DNA of 64,000 nucleotides from Planktothrix sp. GU0601_MAG3 (GTDB lineage: Bacteria; Cyanobacteriota; Cyanobacteriia; Cyanobacteriales; Microcoleaceae): positions 2,676,578 to 2,740,577 of the forward strand of contig CP136572.1 in assembly GCA_035193785.1 (NCBI GenBank). The letters run 5' to 3'. Position 1 is the stretch's first letter; every line of letters starts with the position of its first letter. The position numbers and the translations under genes were made by a program. The notes beneath the pieces are model-generated. The model saw only the letters and a program-made list of their open reading frames with translations, ran no database searches and was not told the DNA's origin. Shown here piece after piece: positions 34,947-46,087 of the stretch.

Positions 34947-35958
34947 ATGAAAAAGCATCAATATTTAATTTATTTTAGCCTAATGTTAATGGGTTTATTT
35001 GTGATTGTAAGCTGTCAAGTATTGCAGCCAGAGTTAAAAACAGAAGCCGCATCTCCTACCCTGCGTCTGGGGTTTAATAATTGGCCAGGATGTGCCGTTT
35101 GGCAAATTGCCTCCGAGCAAGATATCTTTAAGAAAAACAATCTGGATGTTGACTTACAATTTTCTGATTATACCGCCGGATTAACTAACTTAGCATTGGG
35201 TCAATTAGATGCAAATTGCCAGACTTTATATGATACAATTTATATGATGGGGACGGATTCGCAAGTTGATCAAGTGATTGTGAATCTAACAGATTGGTCT
35301 ACGGGGGGGGATCAAATTGTTGTTGCTCCTGGGATTAAGAGTATTCGAGAATTGAAGGGGAAAAAAGTTGCTTTTGAATCGGGATCTGTTGCCAACTTTC
35401 TGCTTTTACTTGCCTTAGAAAAGTATGGGTTAAAGCTATCGGATATTCAAGCGGTTAATCAGGATTTAATTACTAATGTCGCACTTTTTATTGAGGAAGA
35501 TGTAGATGCTATCAGCACTTATATTCCTTTTGTTAAGGCAGCGATTAATCGTCCTGGAAGTCAAATTATATTAGCATCTAAGGATTTTCCTGGGGCTATT
35601 TCTGATCATCTAGTTGTGAATCGTAAATTTATGGAAACCCATCCTCTAGTCGTACAAGCTCTAGTCGATAGTTGGTTTGATACCGTTGAATTTATTCAGA
35701 AAAATCCAGATTTAGCTGATCAAATTATTGCTGATACTTCTGGGTTAACAGTTTCAAGACTTAAAAAAATATAAATCCCAAGTTTCAACAAAAGGACTAT
35801 CGGAAAATTTAACTGCTTTTGAAAGGGGAGAAACTTTTACCTCTTTACCCTATGCGGCTGAAAAAATTTATCAGTTTTTACAAAAGAATAAATTGCTGAA
35901 AAAATCCGTCAATATAGAACAAATTTTAGATCCTAGTTTTATTCGTAATCATAAGTAG
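34947..35958 (+). CDS. ABC-type substrate-binding lipoprotein (NitT/TauT/SsuA-like); frameshift ~35751
   Basis: Lipobox IVSC, LGFNNWPG, IKSIRELKGKKVA; repaired frame runs to TAG at 35956. Confidence 0.8.
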
Positions 35959-36048
35959 TTGCACAAAATAAATTACCTAGTTGAGAGAGGGAACACCGGA
36001 TCTGGGAACAGGGAACAGGATTTGTAATTAATTTTGTTTAGGTACTTA
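35952..36048. mobile_element. MITE-like element with 25-bp imperfect terminal inverted repeats
   Basis: TAAGTAGTTGCACAAAATAAATTAC / GTAATTAATTTTGTTTAGGTACTTA (20/25), internal GGGAACA heptamers. Confidence 0.65.
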
Positions 36049-36081
36049 GCAAAAATTAGCGGAGTTTAAGGAGTATTCATT

Positions 36082-37687
36082 ATGAAAACAATCATTAATT
36101 TTTTCAAACAAGGTGAGTTACAATTTAAAATGATTAATGCCTTTATTCTAATGGGATTAATTACATTTTTTGTGGCTTTATTAGGATGGCAAACAACATT
36201 AAACTTAAGTAGTGAACTCAATGAAATTAGCGTAGTTAGATTACCTTCAATTGTAAGTTTAGCAAAGATTGATCAGGGATTGAGAAATATTGATGCTAAA
36301 CAATCCTGTCTTTTAAATAATTGTATAGGAGGTGAAAATAGGGACATTACCATTGCCCAAATCCAAGAAAACTTTAATTTAATTAAAACGGGTTTTTCGG
36401 AGTATGAAATATTGCCTCGAACGGAGAAAGAAGATCAATTATGGAGGCAATTTCTGTTAAGATGGCAACAATGGGAAAAACAGCAGAAAAATTTTATGAA
36501 TCTTTATGCTGAATTTCAAAAAGTTGGAATTGTATATCCCTATCAAACTCAAATTAAATTATGGAAAACAGGTCAACAAAATTCCCCTGAAATGAAAATA
36601 GCCAAGGAAGCATCTCTACTTTTAGCAAAATTAAATATTCAAGATCGCTCGATTAATCAACCCATTTTATACACCACATCTCAAAGTTTAGCCAAGGTGA
36701 TTCAAGAGAATCAAAATATAGCAGAATCATCTAAAAATCAAGCAGATAAAACTATTGAGAACAGCCAGAATTTTAGCGTTTTAGCCATGATATTTGGGCC
36801 AATAATTGCCCTGGGTTTAGGAATTATTTTAAGTATAGCGATCGCCCGTCCCATTAGTCAAAGTTTGAAAGGATTAGTTAATACCGTGGTTAATTCCTCC
36901 ACCGAAATAGCAGCAACGGTTGAAGAGCAGGAAAGAATTGTAGCTTTACAAGCCGCATCGGTGAATCAAACCACAACCACAATGGATGAATTAGGTCAGA
37001 CTTCTCGCCAAGCTACCCAACAAGCTGAAACCGCAGCCCAAATTGCTAAACAAGTCTTGAATCTATCTCGGGATGGGGCTAACGCCGTTTCTAAAACGAT
37101 GTCAGGGATGGTAACTTTAGAGCAAAAAGTGGGTGAAATTTCCCGCCAAATTACGACCCTGAATGAACAAGCCCAACAAATTAATAGTATTAGTAACTTA
37201 GTCAGTGATATTGCCAATCAAACCAATATGTTAGCTCTAAATGCTTCAATTGAAGCAGTTAGAGCCGGAGAGCATGGTTTAGGGTTTAATGTTGTGGCTT
37301 TAGAAATTCGTAAACTCGCCGACGAAACCCATAAATCTGCTCAAAAAATCAATCAATTAATTGATCAAATTGAAAAAGCACTTAAAGGTACAGTGATTGC
37401 GGCGGAAGATGGCAAACATACCGTCCAAAAAAATTTAAAAATCGCGGAAGAAACCACCGCAATTTTTAGCAAAGTTACCGTAGCAATCGATCAAGTTTCC
37501 CTGAGTTCCCAACAGATTTATCTAACTTCAAAACAACAGGTTTCTCGCCATTGAAGAAGTTATTTCCGCTATGAATTCTATTAATAATGGTGCGCAACAA
37601 ACAGTTATTGGAATTAGTCAAACTAAATCAGAAACCCAACAGTTAAAAAATGCAGCCCATCACCTAAAAATATTAGGAGTAGGTTAA
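36082..37687 (+). CDS. Methyl-accepting chemotaxis protein; frameshift ~37540
   Basis: Two TM helices around a periplasmic helical sensor; [23 protein letters not shown] signalling tip. Confidence 0.92.
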
Positions 37688-37720
37688 TACCGGATTTTCA
37701 GATTAACCTAGGAAGCAAAA

Positions 37721-38999
37721 TTAAGGCTTAGGAACATCGTAATAGGCGGCAATTCCCTGAACTTGTAAATCATCCCGCAGGCGTTTAGCTCCGGCGGCAT
37801 CGGTTAAGGCACCTAGTTGAATTTTTTTACCCGTTTTGAACTCCGCAATATAAGCATCGGGAACCACTTCTTTCGCCTGTTCAAAGGAGCGTTCGCCACT
37901 ATAATCCAACACAACATAATAATATCCGTCCCCGGATTTCATCGGTTCCGTGGGTCTAGCTGGACTTGTAGCCATCGCCACCCGAGGAACCGCCCCGCCC
38001 CCGGGTTTAACCGTTGAGGTATTGGTTCCCTGTTTCAACACAGTCGCAGCAGGAGTTACAGGAGTTACAGCAGGAGTTACGGGTTTTTTGGGTAATAATT
38101 CCTGAGTCAGATTATTCAAACCGGGATCATTCGGGGATGTTAGGTTGTTTGAGGGTGCGGGTAAGGTTGTGGCCGGACTCGGGGGTAAGGTCGCCGGGAC
38201 AGCAGGGAGGGGAACCGGATTTTGATTCGGATTAATATGGCTGAGGGTATCCAAATCCAAGTTAACAAATTCCTTCGCCGCTAAATTGGGGGAGAGGGAA
38301 TCCGTCGGAGGGAGGGATGTTTCCGTCGTGGCTAGGGTTGGAGGATTGGCTGGAGCCGGGTTAGCCGTTGGGTTGGGAAAAAACCGATCCAAACCCAAGC
38401 TAGTACGACCGGAGGGAGACGAGATCACATAACTTAAGGCCGTACAGGATAACAAAAACAGAAACATTGAACCAATGCCCAGGGGCGTTAGGAGACTAGC
38501 CATCAAACTCCGGTTTTCCCGGGGGTCGGGGCGTCGTTCTTCTATACTTTTGATCAGGGCTTCCGTCGATTCTAAATATCCATCCGATGGAGTTGCAGTT
38601 GGGGCGGGTGACTTCAAGCTAAAACTGACCGCAGGTTCAGCCCCATTAGTTTTCGGGGGGGTTGTGGCTGACGGTGGAGAGGCAATGGCCAAAGGTGCGG
38701 ATTTTGCGGGAACTACGGTTTCCCAACCCGACGGTTGAGTTTGGGGTTTCAAACAGTTTTCCCTCCGATGCTGCGGTGTCATTCATGGACACAGTTACAA
38801 CATCGGTCGCCTGTTGAAACTGCGAGTTAGTTTGTCCGTTGGGGTCGGGTGTGGTTTGTTTCGTGCGTCGTCGGTGGCGCCGATAACGGGTTAGTTCTGA
38901 TTCCAGTTGCACATCCAAATAACCTAAAACCGCTTGGAGTTGGGGTTTTAATTCTGGCTGTGAGGGTTGGGGGGACTTGATATCAGATGCTTGACTCAT
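37721..38999 (-). CDS. Conserved Pro-rich membrane protein with SPOR-like C-terminus; frameshift ~38746
   Basis: LDVQLESELTRYRR, TPLGIGSM TM segment, VPDAY...IQLGA. Confidence 0.7.
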
Positions 39000-39116
39000 G
39001 GTTAAACTCCTAAGCACTGGTTATTAATTTTAAAAATAGGGATTTTTGAGTTTAAATCTTCAATATTAAATGTCAGTTTATCTATATTTTGATTCATTTT
39101 ACTAATTTGGTTAACA

Positions 39117-39692
39117 ATGCAATCCCTCCATCATATTTTAGGTCGCCTTCAATCTCAGATTCTTACCCCAGAACAGCAACAATTTCAAGATCTCTGTCAA
39201 TGTTGGTCTGAAATTGTGGGAACTGTAGTCAGTCGTCATAGTCGTCCGGTCACTTGGCATCGAGGGGTACTGAATGTTGCCACCTCTAGTGCTACCTGGT
39301 CTCAGGATTTAACCTTTAAACGGGTACAAATTATCCATAAATTGCATCAAAAACTCCCATTTCCGGTTCAGGATATCAAATTTTCCTCGGCGGGGTGGCG
39401 TCATCAACTCCCGGGAGATCAATCGGTTTCCCTCCCTTCTCCGACCGATGAGTTTTCCCAAATGTGGCGGGAACATCCCAGTCGGGTTGAGATGCCGATT
39501 CCAAAAACAGGGGGCGAGGTGCCCCGGCGTTCCTCCCTGACCCCGTTAACGGCCTTTGAAGGTTGGGCTAATCGTCTAAAAGAGCGATCGCAATCTTTTC
39601 CCTTGTGTCCCCAATGTCACTGTCCAACTCCCCCAGGGGAATTATCTCGTTGGTCGGTTTGTGGTTTTTGTTCAATTCAAATAGGAGAATGA
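39117..39692 (+). CDS. DUF721 / DciA-like protein with C-terminal Zn finger
   Basis: WSEIVG..HSRP..LNVATSSATW; CPQC...CGFC. Confidence 0.8.
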   Translation: MQSLHHILGRLQSQILTPEQQQFQDLCQCWSEIVGTVVSRHSRPVTWHRGVLNVATSSATWSQDLTFKRVQIIHKLHQKLPFPVQDIKFSSAGWRHQLPGDQSVSLPSPTDEFSQMWREHPSRVEMPIPKTGGEVPRRSSLTPLTAFEGWANRLKERSQSFPLCPQCHCPTPPGELSRWSVCGFCSIQIGE

Positions 39693-39733
39693 AGCCCCGT
39701 AAAGACGCGCTACAGCACGTCTTTACAATAGAA

Positions 39734-40817
39734 TTAATTTCCTAAACAAATCCCCATACTTTGAGCCGTTTCTACTAAAATATCATCGGCATTAACGGCC
39801 CGATATTGAGCGATCGCATCGAGAATCGGAATACTCGATACCTTCCGATCTCGCCAAACCACGACCTGATCATATTTGTCCTCAGCAATCAAATCCACCG
39901 CCGCCACTCCAAAAGCAGAAGCAATAATTCGATCAATGGGCGCAGGAGTTCCCCCCCGTTGAATATGACCGAGAACAGTAACGCGAGTTTCTGCCCCACT
40001 GCGATCGCAAATTTCATCGGCCAGATATTGTCCAATGCCACCTAAACGAGCCTGTCCCATGCGATTAATCATCGTCACAGGTTCTCCCGTTTCTGTTTTA
40101 ACCGCCTCGGCCACCACCACTAAACAATAGTTTTTCCCTTGTTTTTGTCGTTCTACAATATGCTGACAAACGCTATCTAAACTGTAGGGAATTTCAGGAA
40201 TTAAAATAATATCTGCACCGCCCGCAATTCCCGCATGGAGGGCAATATGTCCCGCATCTCGGCCCATGACTTCTAAAATCATTACACGGCTATGACTAGC
40301 GGCGGTAAAGTGTAGCCGATCTAAAGCCTCAGTAGCGATATCCACGGCGGTACTAAACCCAATAGATAAATCCGTGCTACCCACGTCATTATCAATGGTT
40401 TTAGGAATCCCAATCAAATTAATATTTCCCTGTTGGGCAATGCGTCGCAAAATCGCTAAACTGCCATCCCCACCGATACCAATTAAGGCATTTAGCCCTA
40501 AGAGATGATAACCCTCAATAATCTCCTCGGATCGATCAAGCAAACTTCCATCCGGCATGGGAAAAGCGAAGGGATCACCCTTATTGGTGGTTCCCAAAAT
40601 TGTCCCCCCGGCGGTGAGAATATTATGGACTTTATCAATAGTTAGAGGGACACTGTTCACGGGACGACACATTAACCCTTGGGTGGCTTCTCGAATACCG
40701 AAAACTTCCCAACCCAAGGTTTCCTGCCGCCCGATAAACTACAGCCCGAATTGCTGCGTTTAAACCTGCACAGTCTCCCCCACTGGTTAAAATACCAATG
40801 CGTTTGTGTTCTACCAT
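39734..40817 (-). CDS. pfkA: ATP-dependent 6-phosphofructokinase; frameshift ~40719
   Basis: LTSGGDCAGLN, GGDGS, PKTIDND, EVMGR, LGHIQRGG. Confidence 0.95.
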
Positions 40818-40946
40818 ATTTGGCGAATTCTGGATTTACAGATGCAAATTTAGATTACATCTGATTGGCAAATGATTGACAAATCTTTGCTCATCTTTAA
40901 TATTTTGAAACGGAGTCAGGAGAAAAAATCAGGGGAAAAAAGCCTC

Positions 40947-41508
40947 TCAATCTGCTGAAATCATGGCTTCAACGGGAATCTGGATATCTGGAAATGCTAG
41001 GGGTGTAACTTCACCTTCGGTTAAGGTGATTTTGGAGCCATATTCACTATCCCTGGGATCACGATAAATAATTAGTTCCCGGCGCTGTAGGTTAACTAAC
41101 CAATATTCGGAGATTCCTGCTTCGGCGTAGATCCGATATTTCACCGTTGAGTCTTTTTCTAAGCTGGAGTTGGAGTATTCGATAACCCAGAAAATATTCT
41201 CAGGATAGGGATGATGAGTGAGATATTCTCGCCCTAAACGTTCCACAATAGCGATATCAGGTTCGGGTTCGGAGTCGTTGGGGAGGGTAATGGGTTTGGC
41301 TGGGCTGACTAAAGCGCGATCGCCAAGTATCCGCATGAGATACTCGCCAGCAGTTTCGACTGTAGTAGGCGTGGGGTTCTCCTTCTGGGGACATTTGAAC
41401 AATTTCTCCATAAAGCAGTTCAACGGGGCGATCATCGAGTAGACCCATTTCGACAATGCGGTGATAGTCGTCTAGTTTCCATTTTGCGATCGATAGTGTC
41501 ATCTTCAT
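40947..41508 (-). CDS. Uma2-family endonuclease; frameshift ~41353
   Basis: VELLYGEIVQMSP, EPEPDIAIV, YAEAGISEYW. Confidence 0.9.
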
Positions 41509-41533
41509 CAACAATAGGAGTGGGTATTTTTAA

Positions 41534-41557
41534 GATAACTTATTAAGGTGCGATCGC
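41534..41557. repeat. Left 24-bp direct repeat of a 2.2-kb islet (contains HIP1)
   Basis: GATAACTTATTAAGGTGCGATCGC, 22/24 identical to 43734-43757. Confidence 0.75.
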
Positions 41558-41658
41558 TTGATTAAGCAACCTAACACCAATCGATAACTTTTTGCCTTTA
41601 AGTAAAACTTTTGTTCAATCCTCTACAACAAGATTATGATACTCGTCATACTTAGCTG

Positions 41659-42498
41659 TTAATTTTGATAGCCAATCAAAATAGGTTTGAAATCTAATAT
41701 TTTTTGCGATTTAACAACAAAACCAAGGTTGTTCGGTATCTTTGACAAGCTGATTGGAATCTGCTGGAGTGGGACATCTATTATCTTTATTTCTCCCTTT
41801 GCAATATGCTGTGGGCCAGCAAAAAGTGCGCCAAGCAAAATAATACGATTAACACCCATGTATGTATTTCCTCGGGCATCAGTGTAACCACCCTGATTAA
41901 AGACTAGCACTGGACTTCCACTTGAACCTGGAAAGCAAGCGCAATCAATGACAAATTGTGGAAGCCCATTGTAATTATATTTTGGGCTTGTTGCTGTAAT
42001 ACCTTTTCTGATGATTGGCATATTGTTTTCTTTATCCCAAATACCGTTGGGGTAGCCAACCATTGTTATGTCTTCTAAGCCGGATAGATCATTTAGCTGT
42101 TGTTTTGATGGAATATGACTTTCTTCAAGTGACGGGGTAAAAAATCGAATCTTATTTGCCTTGGCATGAAGCAAAAGCGGAGCAATTGCAAAAATAGCCA
42201 GATCAACGTCAGTTTCTGGGTGTTTTATCCATTTATTTTCAAAGTCATCGATCTCAATTTTCTCATAAGCTCCAATGATTGGTTGATTATTAGCATCTGC
42301 CTTTGTTAGCACAAAAGTACCTCTAACACTCCCATCTATGACGTGCTTATTGGTGACGATAACAGGGATATGCGTTTGATCATCAATTCGGAAGCTAAAG
42401 AAAAAGCCTGTGCCAGTAGACACGTCCCCGGATGCCAATAAACACTCAAGGCGCACTGTTGTGTGCATCAATTTTTCTGCATCTGTAAGCGACATCAA
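41659..42498 (-). CDS. Trypsin-like serine protease with no signal peptide
   Basis: TGTGFF, VTNKHV (His), DLA (Asp), PGSSGSP (Ser). Confidence 0.88.
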   Translation of the reverse strand: MMSLTDAEKLMHTTVRLECLLASGDVSTGTGFFFSFRIDDQTHIPVIVTNKHVIDGSVRGTFVLTKADANNQPIIGAYEKIEIDDFENKWIKHPETDVDLAIFAIAPLLLHAKANKIRFFTPSLEESHIPSKQQLNDLSGLEDITMVGYPNGIWDKENNMPIIRKGITATSPKYNYNGLPQFVIDCACFPGSSGSPVLVFNQGGYTDARGNTYMGVNRIILLGALFAGPQHIAKGEIKIIDVPLQQIPISLSKIPNNLGFVVKSQKILDFKPILIGYQN

Positions 42499-42637
42499 AC
42501 TTCCTTATATAGTTTACTAAGCATTAATCTGCAAATCTAAGATAAACACCTTATCTAATCTAAATTAACTCATATTTGGTGCATTATGCAAATTCTATTC
42601 CAGAAAACAATCCAAATTTTTCACTGTTTGCGATTTG

Positions 42638-42771
42638 CTATACAATAACATTCATGTTTTTTGTCTTTGTTGCTTGCAGTCATAATCTTCTTCATAATCT
42701 ATTGTCCCAAATAAAGCCAACACTTTCAATTGTTAACAACGTTGAATATATTCACGCGAGGATTCTTCTAT
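42638..42771 (-). pseudogene. vapBC relic (3-prime part of a VapB-type antitoxin plus first codons of vapC)
   Basis: Minus strand reads IEESSREYIQRC*QLKVLALFGTIDYEEDYDCKQQRQKT*, overlapping (ATGA) MNVIV*. Confidence 0.6.
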
Positions 42772-42798
42772 CAAAAGATTTACTATTGGATAGTTAAG

Positions 42799-43296
42799 CT
42801 AAATTTCTGTATTGACTACTTTCTCTAAACGATTAATTGCACTTTTTGCCTCTTGAAGTAAATCATCCCAATTGTCAGGAGGGTGTCCGGTTTCAAGCAT
42901 TTTCTTGAAAACTCGATAAGCGTCTGTATTACTATCATAAGAACGCTTAGAATCATCATCATTAACCCAGGCAAATACAATAATTTTGCTCTCTTGATGA
43001 TATCTAAAAAACAGTCGGTACTGCTGAAAAAATTTAGCTCTAAACCAGTGTTTGTAATCATCTCCCAGGGTAGTACCTTGACGATAATCACGACGAGTTG
43101 GATCTTGAGGAATAATCTCAAATGCTAACTTTGCTATAGCAGCTAAACGCTTTGTGGCATTTTTCTTTTTGTAATCTTGAGGATATTTCCGACGTAAATC
43201 TTCAACCTGGGTTAGAAGTTCTTCAAACTGATTCAGAAACAGAGGGTGGGCAAATATATTCCACCCATTAATTACTAAGGGCTGATTTGCAGACAA
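42799..43296 (-). CDS. yhaV: YhaV-family toxin
   Basis: GWNIFAHPLF, YRQGTTLG, WFRAKFFQQYRLFFRY, AWVND. Confidence 0.92.
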   Translation of the reverse strand: MSANQPLVINGWNIFAHPLFLNQFEELLTQVEDLRRKYPQDYKKKNATKRLAAIAKLAFEIIPQDPTRRDYRQGTTLGDDYKHWFRAKFFQQYRLFFRYHQESKIIVFAWVNDDDSKRSYDSNTDAYRVFKKMLETGHPPDNWDDLLQEAKSAINRLEKVVNTEI

Positions 43297-43298
43297 AA

Positions 43299-43631
43299 TT
43301 ATTCGTCCTCGTCCAAAAGGGGTGTATCCAAATCGAGATCAACATCAGAAACTAAGGACTGAACATGGCTGACTAAATCATAGCTAAGTGCTTTAATATG
43401 TTGAGGATTATTCTGAATATCTTGTGCTATAAAATTGAGAAATTGCCCCAGTATCGGATCATTTTCTGTCGGGTCAGCACGAGAAATAATGACCTGACCG
43501 TCAGACCCGATGGTGTAGCGGATTTTATCGCGCTTATTCAAACCAAGAGCTTTGCGAACAGGATCAGGAATTGTAGTCTGATAACGATCAGTTAGAGTAG
43601 ATTCTGAGCATGGAGCCAATTTTGCAGCCAT
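43299..43631 (-). CDS. prlF: PrlF/SohA-family antitoxin
   Basis: ESTLTDRYQTTIPDPVRKALGL, DPILGQFLNFIA. Confidence 0.92.
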   Translation of the reverse strand: MAAKLAPCSESTLTDRYQTTIPDPVRKALGLNKRDKIRYTIGSDGQVIISRADPTENDPILGQFLNFIAQDIQNNPQHIKALSYDLVSHVQSLVSDVDLDLDTPLLDEDE

Positions 43632-43667
43632 AGCGACTTCTAAACCTATTGGTTAAACTCTATTTCC

Positions 43668-43696
43668 AAGGTAATGCAATTGCATTGTGTTGTCAA
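43668..43696 (-). promoter_or_regulatory. Putative prlF-yhaV promoter with palindromic operator
   Basis: TTGACA-17 nt-TACCTT on the minus strand; perfect palindrome AATGCAATTGCATT at 43673-43686. Confidence 0.65.
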
Positions 43697-43733
43697 GGGT
43701 GACATAATTGACTTAAAAACCGAACTAAATCTT

Positions 43734-43757
43734 GATAACTGATTAAAGTGCGATCGC
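43734..43757. repeat. Right 24-bp direct repeat of the 2.2-kb islet
   Basis: GATAACTGATTAAAGTGCGATCGC. Confidence 0.75.
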
Positions 43758-44020
43758 CAATATTGCTGATTCCAGATATAATTAAAATTTGATAAAGTCG
43801 ATACAAATTCTTAGGTAAAGTTTGAATTAAGTTTGGTTTATAAATATAAATTAAATGACTATATTGCAATTACTCCGGGCGTGATTTGGCTAACAGCACC
43901 CGCGCAAAATAATCATAATAACGATGCAATTATTGGTATGGTTAGAACAACATTTCCATTTTGATCGGTGATCCTCCCAAAAATGGTAATATCAGCAATT
44001 AGCTTGTTCAATAGACACCG

Positions 44021-45116
44021 ATGGATATAGCAGAGTTAGCAGCCCCCTTAGAAACCTTTGGACGGCAAAGGCAATTTCAACAGGTCACCCAGGCATTAGC
44101 TGATGATCGAGATTTGTTAATTGCTGGAGTACCGGGCAGTGGCCGCCGAAACCCTGGTCAGAAGGGCCGCGACGGAAGTTGGGGCAAAAATTATTGAAGT
44201 GGACTGTATTCGGGCAACCGATGGCCAACGTTTGACACAACTGTTATGTGAGGGGATATCCCAGGCGGTTAAAAGTCCTACGGCTATTGAGTGTTTGCAA
44301 CAGTGGACAAACACAGAGGCGGCTCAATTTTTTTCCTGGCAAGGAAATATGGCAAAAAGTTTGCGGTTAATTGCGAAACCAGAAGAAGTTTGGCAAGCCT
44401 ATAAATTATTAATTCATTTTCCACAACAGTTAGCAGAATTTGTCGAGCGACAAGTGGTATTAATTTTGCAAGGGTTTCCCCATATTCGCTCCTGGGATCG
44501 ACAGGGAGATTGGGAAAAATTATTGCGTCAAGAAATTCAACAGCAAAATTCTGTAAGTTATGTTTTAATAACAACTTTAGCGGAAACTAGCAATCAAGAG
44601 GAGTTTCATCAAAATTTAGAGATTGTACAGTTAACTCCCTTATCTAATGATGTGGTTGCCGCCTGGGCTCATGGGGTTTTGCATCGGGAAAATTTGACTT
44701 TTGATCCGCGATCGCAGGCATTACAATACTTTTTAGAAGCGGTGCAAGGACATATTGGAGATGCTTCGGCTTTAGTGCGTCGGTTGTGTAAAGTTAAAAC
44801 CACAAATGGTCTAATTGGAAATCGGGAAATTGAGGAAACTTTACAGGAATTACTGGCAGATTTTTCAACGGTATTTGAGTCTTTGTTAGTGTTACTTCCG
44901 TCTTCCCAAGCTCAATTATTAGAGTCTTTAGCCCTAGATCCCACGGATAAACCCCAAAGTCGAGAATATATTACTAAACATCACTTATCCAGGGGAGGAA
45001 GTCTACAAGGAGCGATCACGGGTTTGCAACATAAGGGCTTAATTTATGGTTCAGAATTAGGCTATAAATTAGCTTTACCGTTATTTGGTTTATGGATTAA
45101 ACAACGGTTAAGTTAA
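44021..45116 (+). CDS. P-loop ATPase with C-terminal winged helix; frameshift ~44148
   Basis: Repaired N-terminus contains GVPGSGRRT; conserved cyanobacterial family. Confidence 0.75.
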
Positions 45117-45157
45117 CTTGAAATTTGGGATATAACTTAATGTATGGTGATTTTTTT

Positions 45158-46015
45158 ATGAAAAAAACAGGTTTATTTTTATTATTGTTTTTATTGACAG
45201 GTTGTGAAATCCTATCGGAACATTGGCGACAACTTTCAAAAACCATGAATATTGTTAACTCTAGTTCGTCTAATAAAATTGAACAATGTGGGGAAAAACC
45301 TTCAGGAAATATTGCTCCATCTAATATCAAATTAATCAATTTAACCGCTATTAACACCAAGGAATCAGGTCAAATTCGCCAGGGAAGTTATTTAGCCTAT
45401 CAATTTCCTGCTAAAGCCAGTCAACAGTTAAATTATCGCACAGAAGATAATTTATGTATTTGGGTTTACGCACCGGATAGACAACTGATTAAAACCAAAG
45501 ATTTAACCCAAACTGGTCAATATACAATCGTTTTAACGGCTTTAAAAGGAGCTACAACTTTTGATCTAAAAATGAGTTTAAGTTCCCGGGGCGCAACAGG
45601 GACACAACCCTTACAACCCCTACCTCCTTTTGCTAATTCTCCCACCCCTTCCCCAACTCCTTCCCCAACCCCAATTCCAACTCCAAGTCCTGCTATTTCT
45701 CCCCAAGCCAATAACACCACCGAAAGGGTTGAATTTGACCCAGGAGCGACGGGAACAACGGTTACAGGTATGGTTAAACCCGCAGAAAAACGACAATATA
45801 AATTGGAATGTATCGCCGGACAAAAGATGTCGGTTGATGTTACAGAAGGAACGGTAGATATTAATATTTTAGATCCGAATGGTAAAACTATAGGTACTAT
45901 TAAAAATAGCAAAACTTGGCAAGGAGAATTACCCAGTAATGGAGATTATACCATCGAAGTTTCTGGCTCAAAAGCAGCTAATTTTAAACTTAATGTTGAT
46001 GTTCCTGCATTGTAA
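45158..46015 (+). CDS. Lipoprotein with PPC-like beta domains and a Pro/Thr linker
   Basis: MKKTGLFLLLFLLTGC lipobox; PSPT linker; GELPSNGDYTIEV. Confidence 0.7.
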   Translation: MKKTGLFLLLFLLTGCEILSEHWRQLSKTMNIVNSSSSNKIEQCGEKPSGNIAPSNIKLINLTAINTKESGQIRQGSYLAYQFPAKASQQLNYRTEDNLCIWVYAPDRQLIKTKDLTQTGQYTIVLTALKGATTFDLKMSLSSRGATGTQPLQPLPPFANSPTPSPTPSPTPIPTPSPAISPQANNTTERVEFDPGATGTTVTGMVKPAEKRQYKLECIAGQKMSVDVTEGTVDINILDPNGKTIGTIKNSKTWQGELPSNGDYTIEVSGSKAANFKLNVDVPAL

Positions 46016-46087
46016 CTCTATTCCTGGGATTATGCTCTTAGACTATGATATTATAGGGGTATAAAAATTTTTGTTGTATGAGTTGAT

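Noticed and set aside
41560..41665. attC-like site after the protease (TAAC...GTTAGGT)
   Set aside because: The arms pair poorly and there is no integron integrase; a CM search (IntegronFinder) would be needed
42560..42595. dif-like site (ATTTGCATAAT on the minus strand)
   Set aside because: The XerD arm does not match well enough
42576..42797. 73-aa plus-strand ORF
   Set aside because: Better explained as the antisense of the vapB relic
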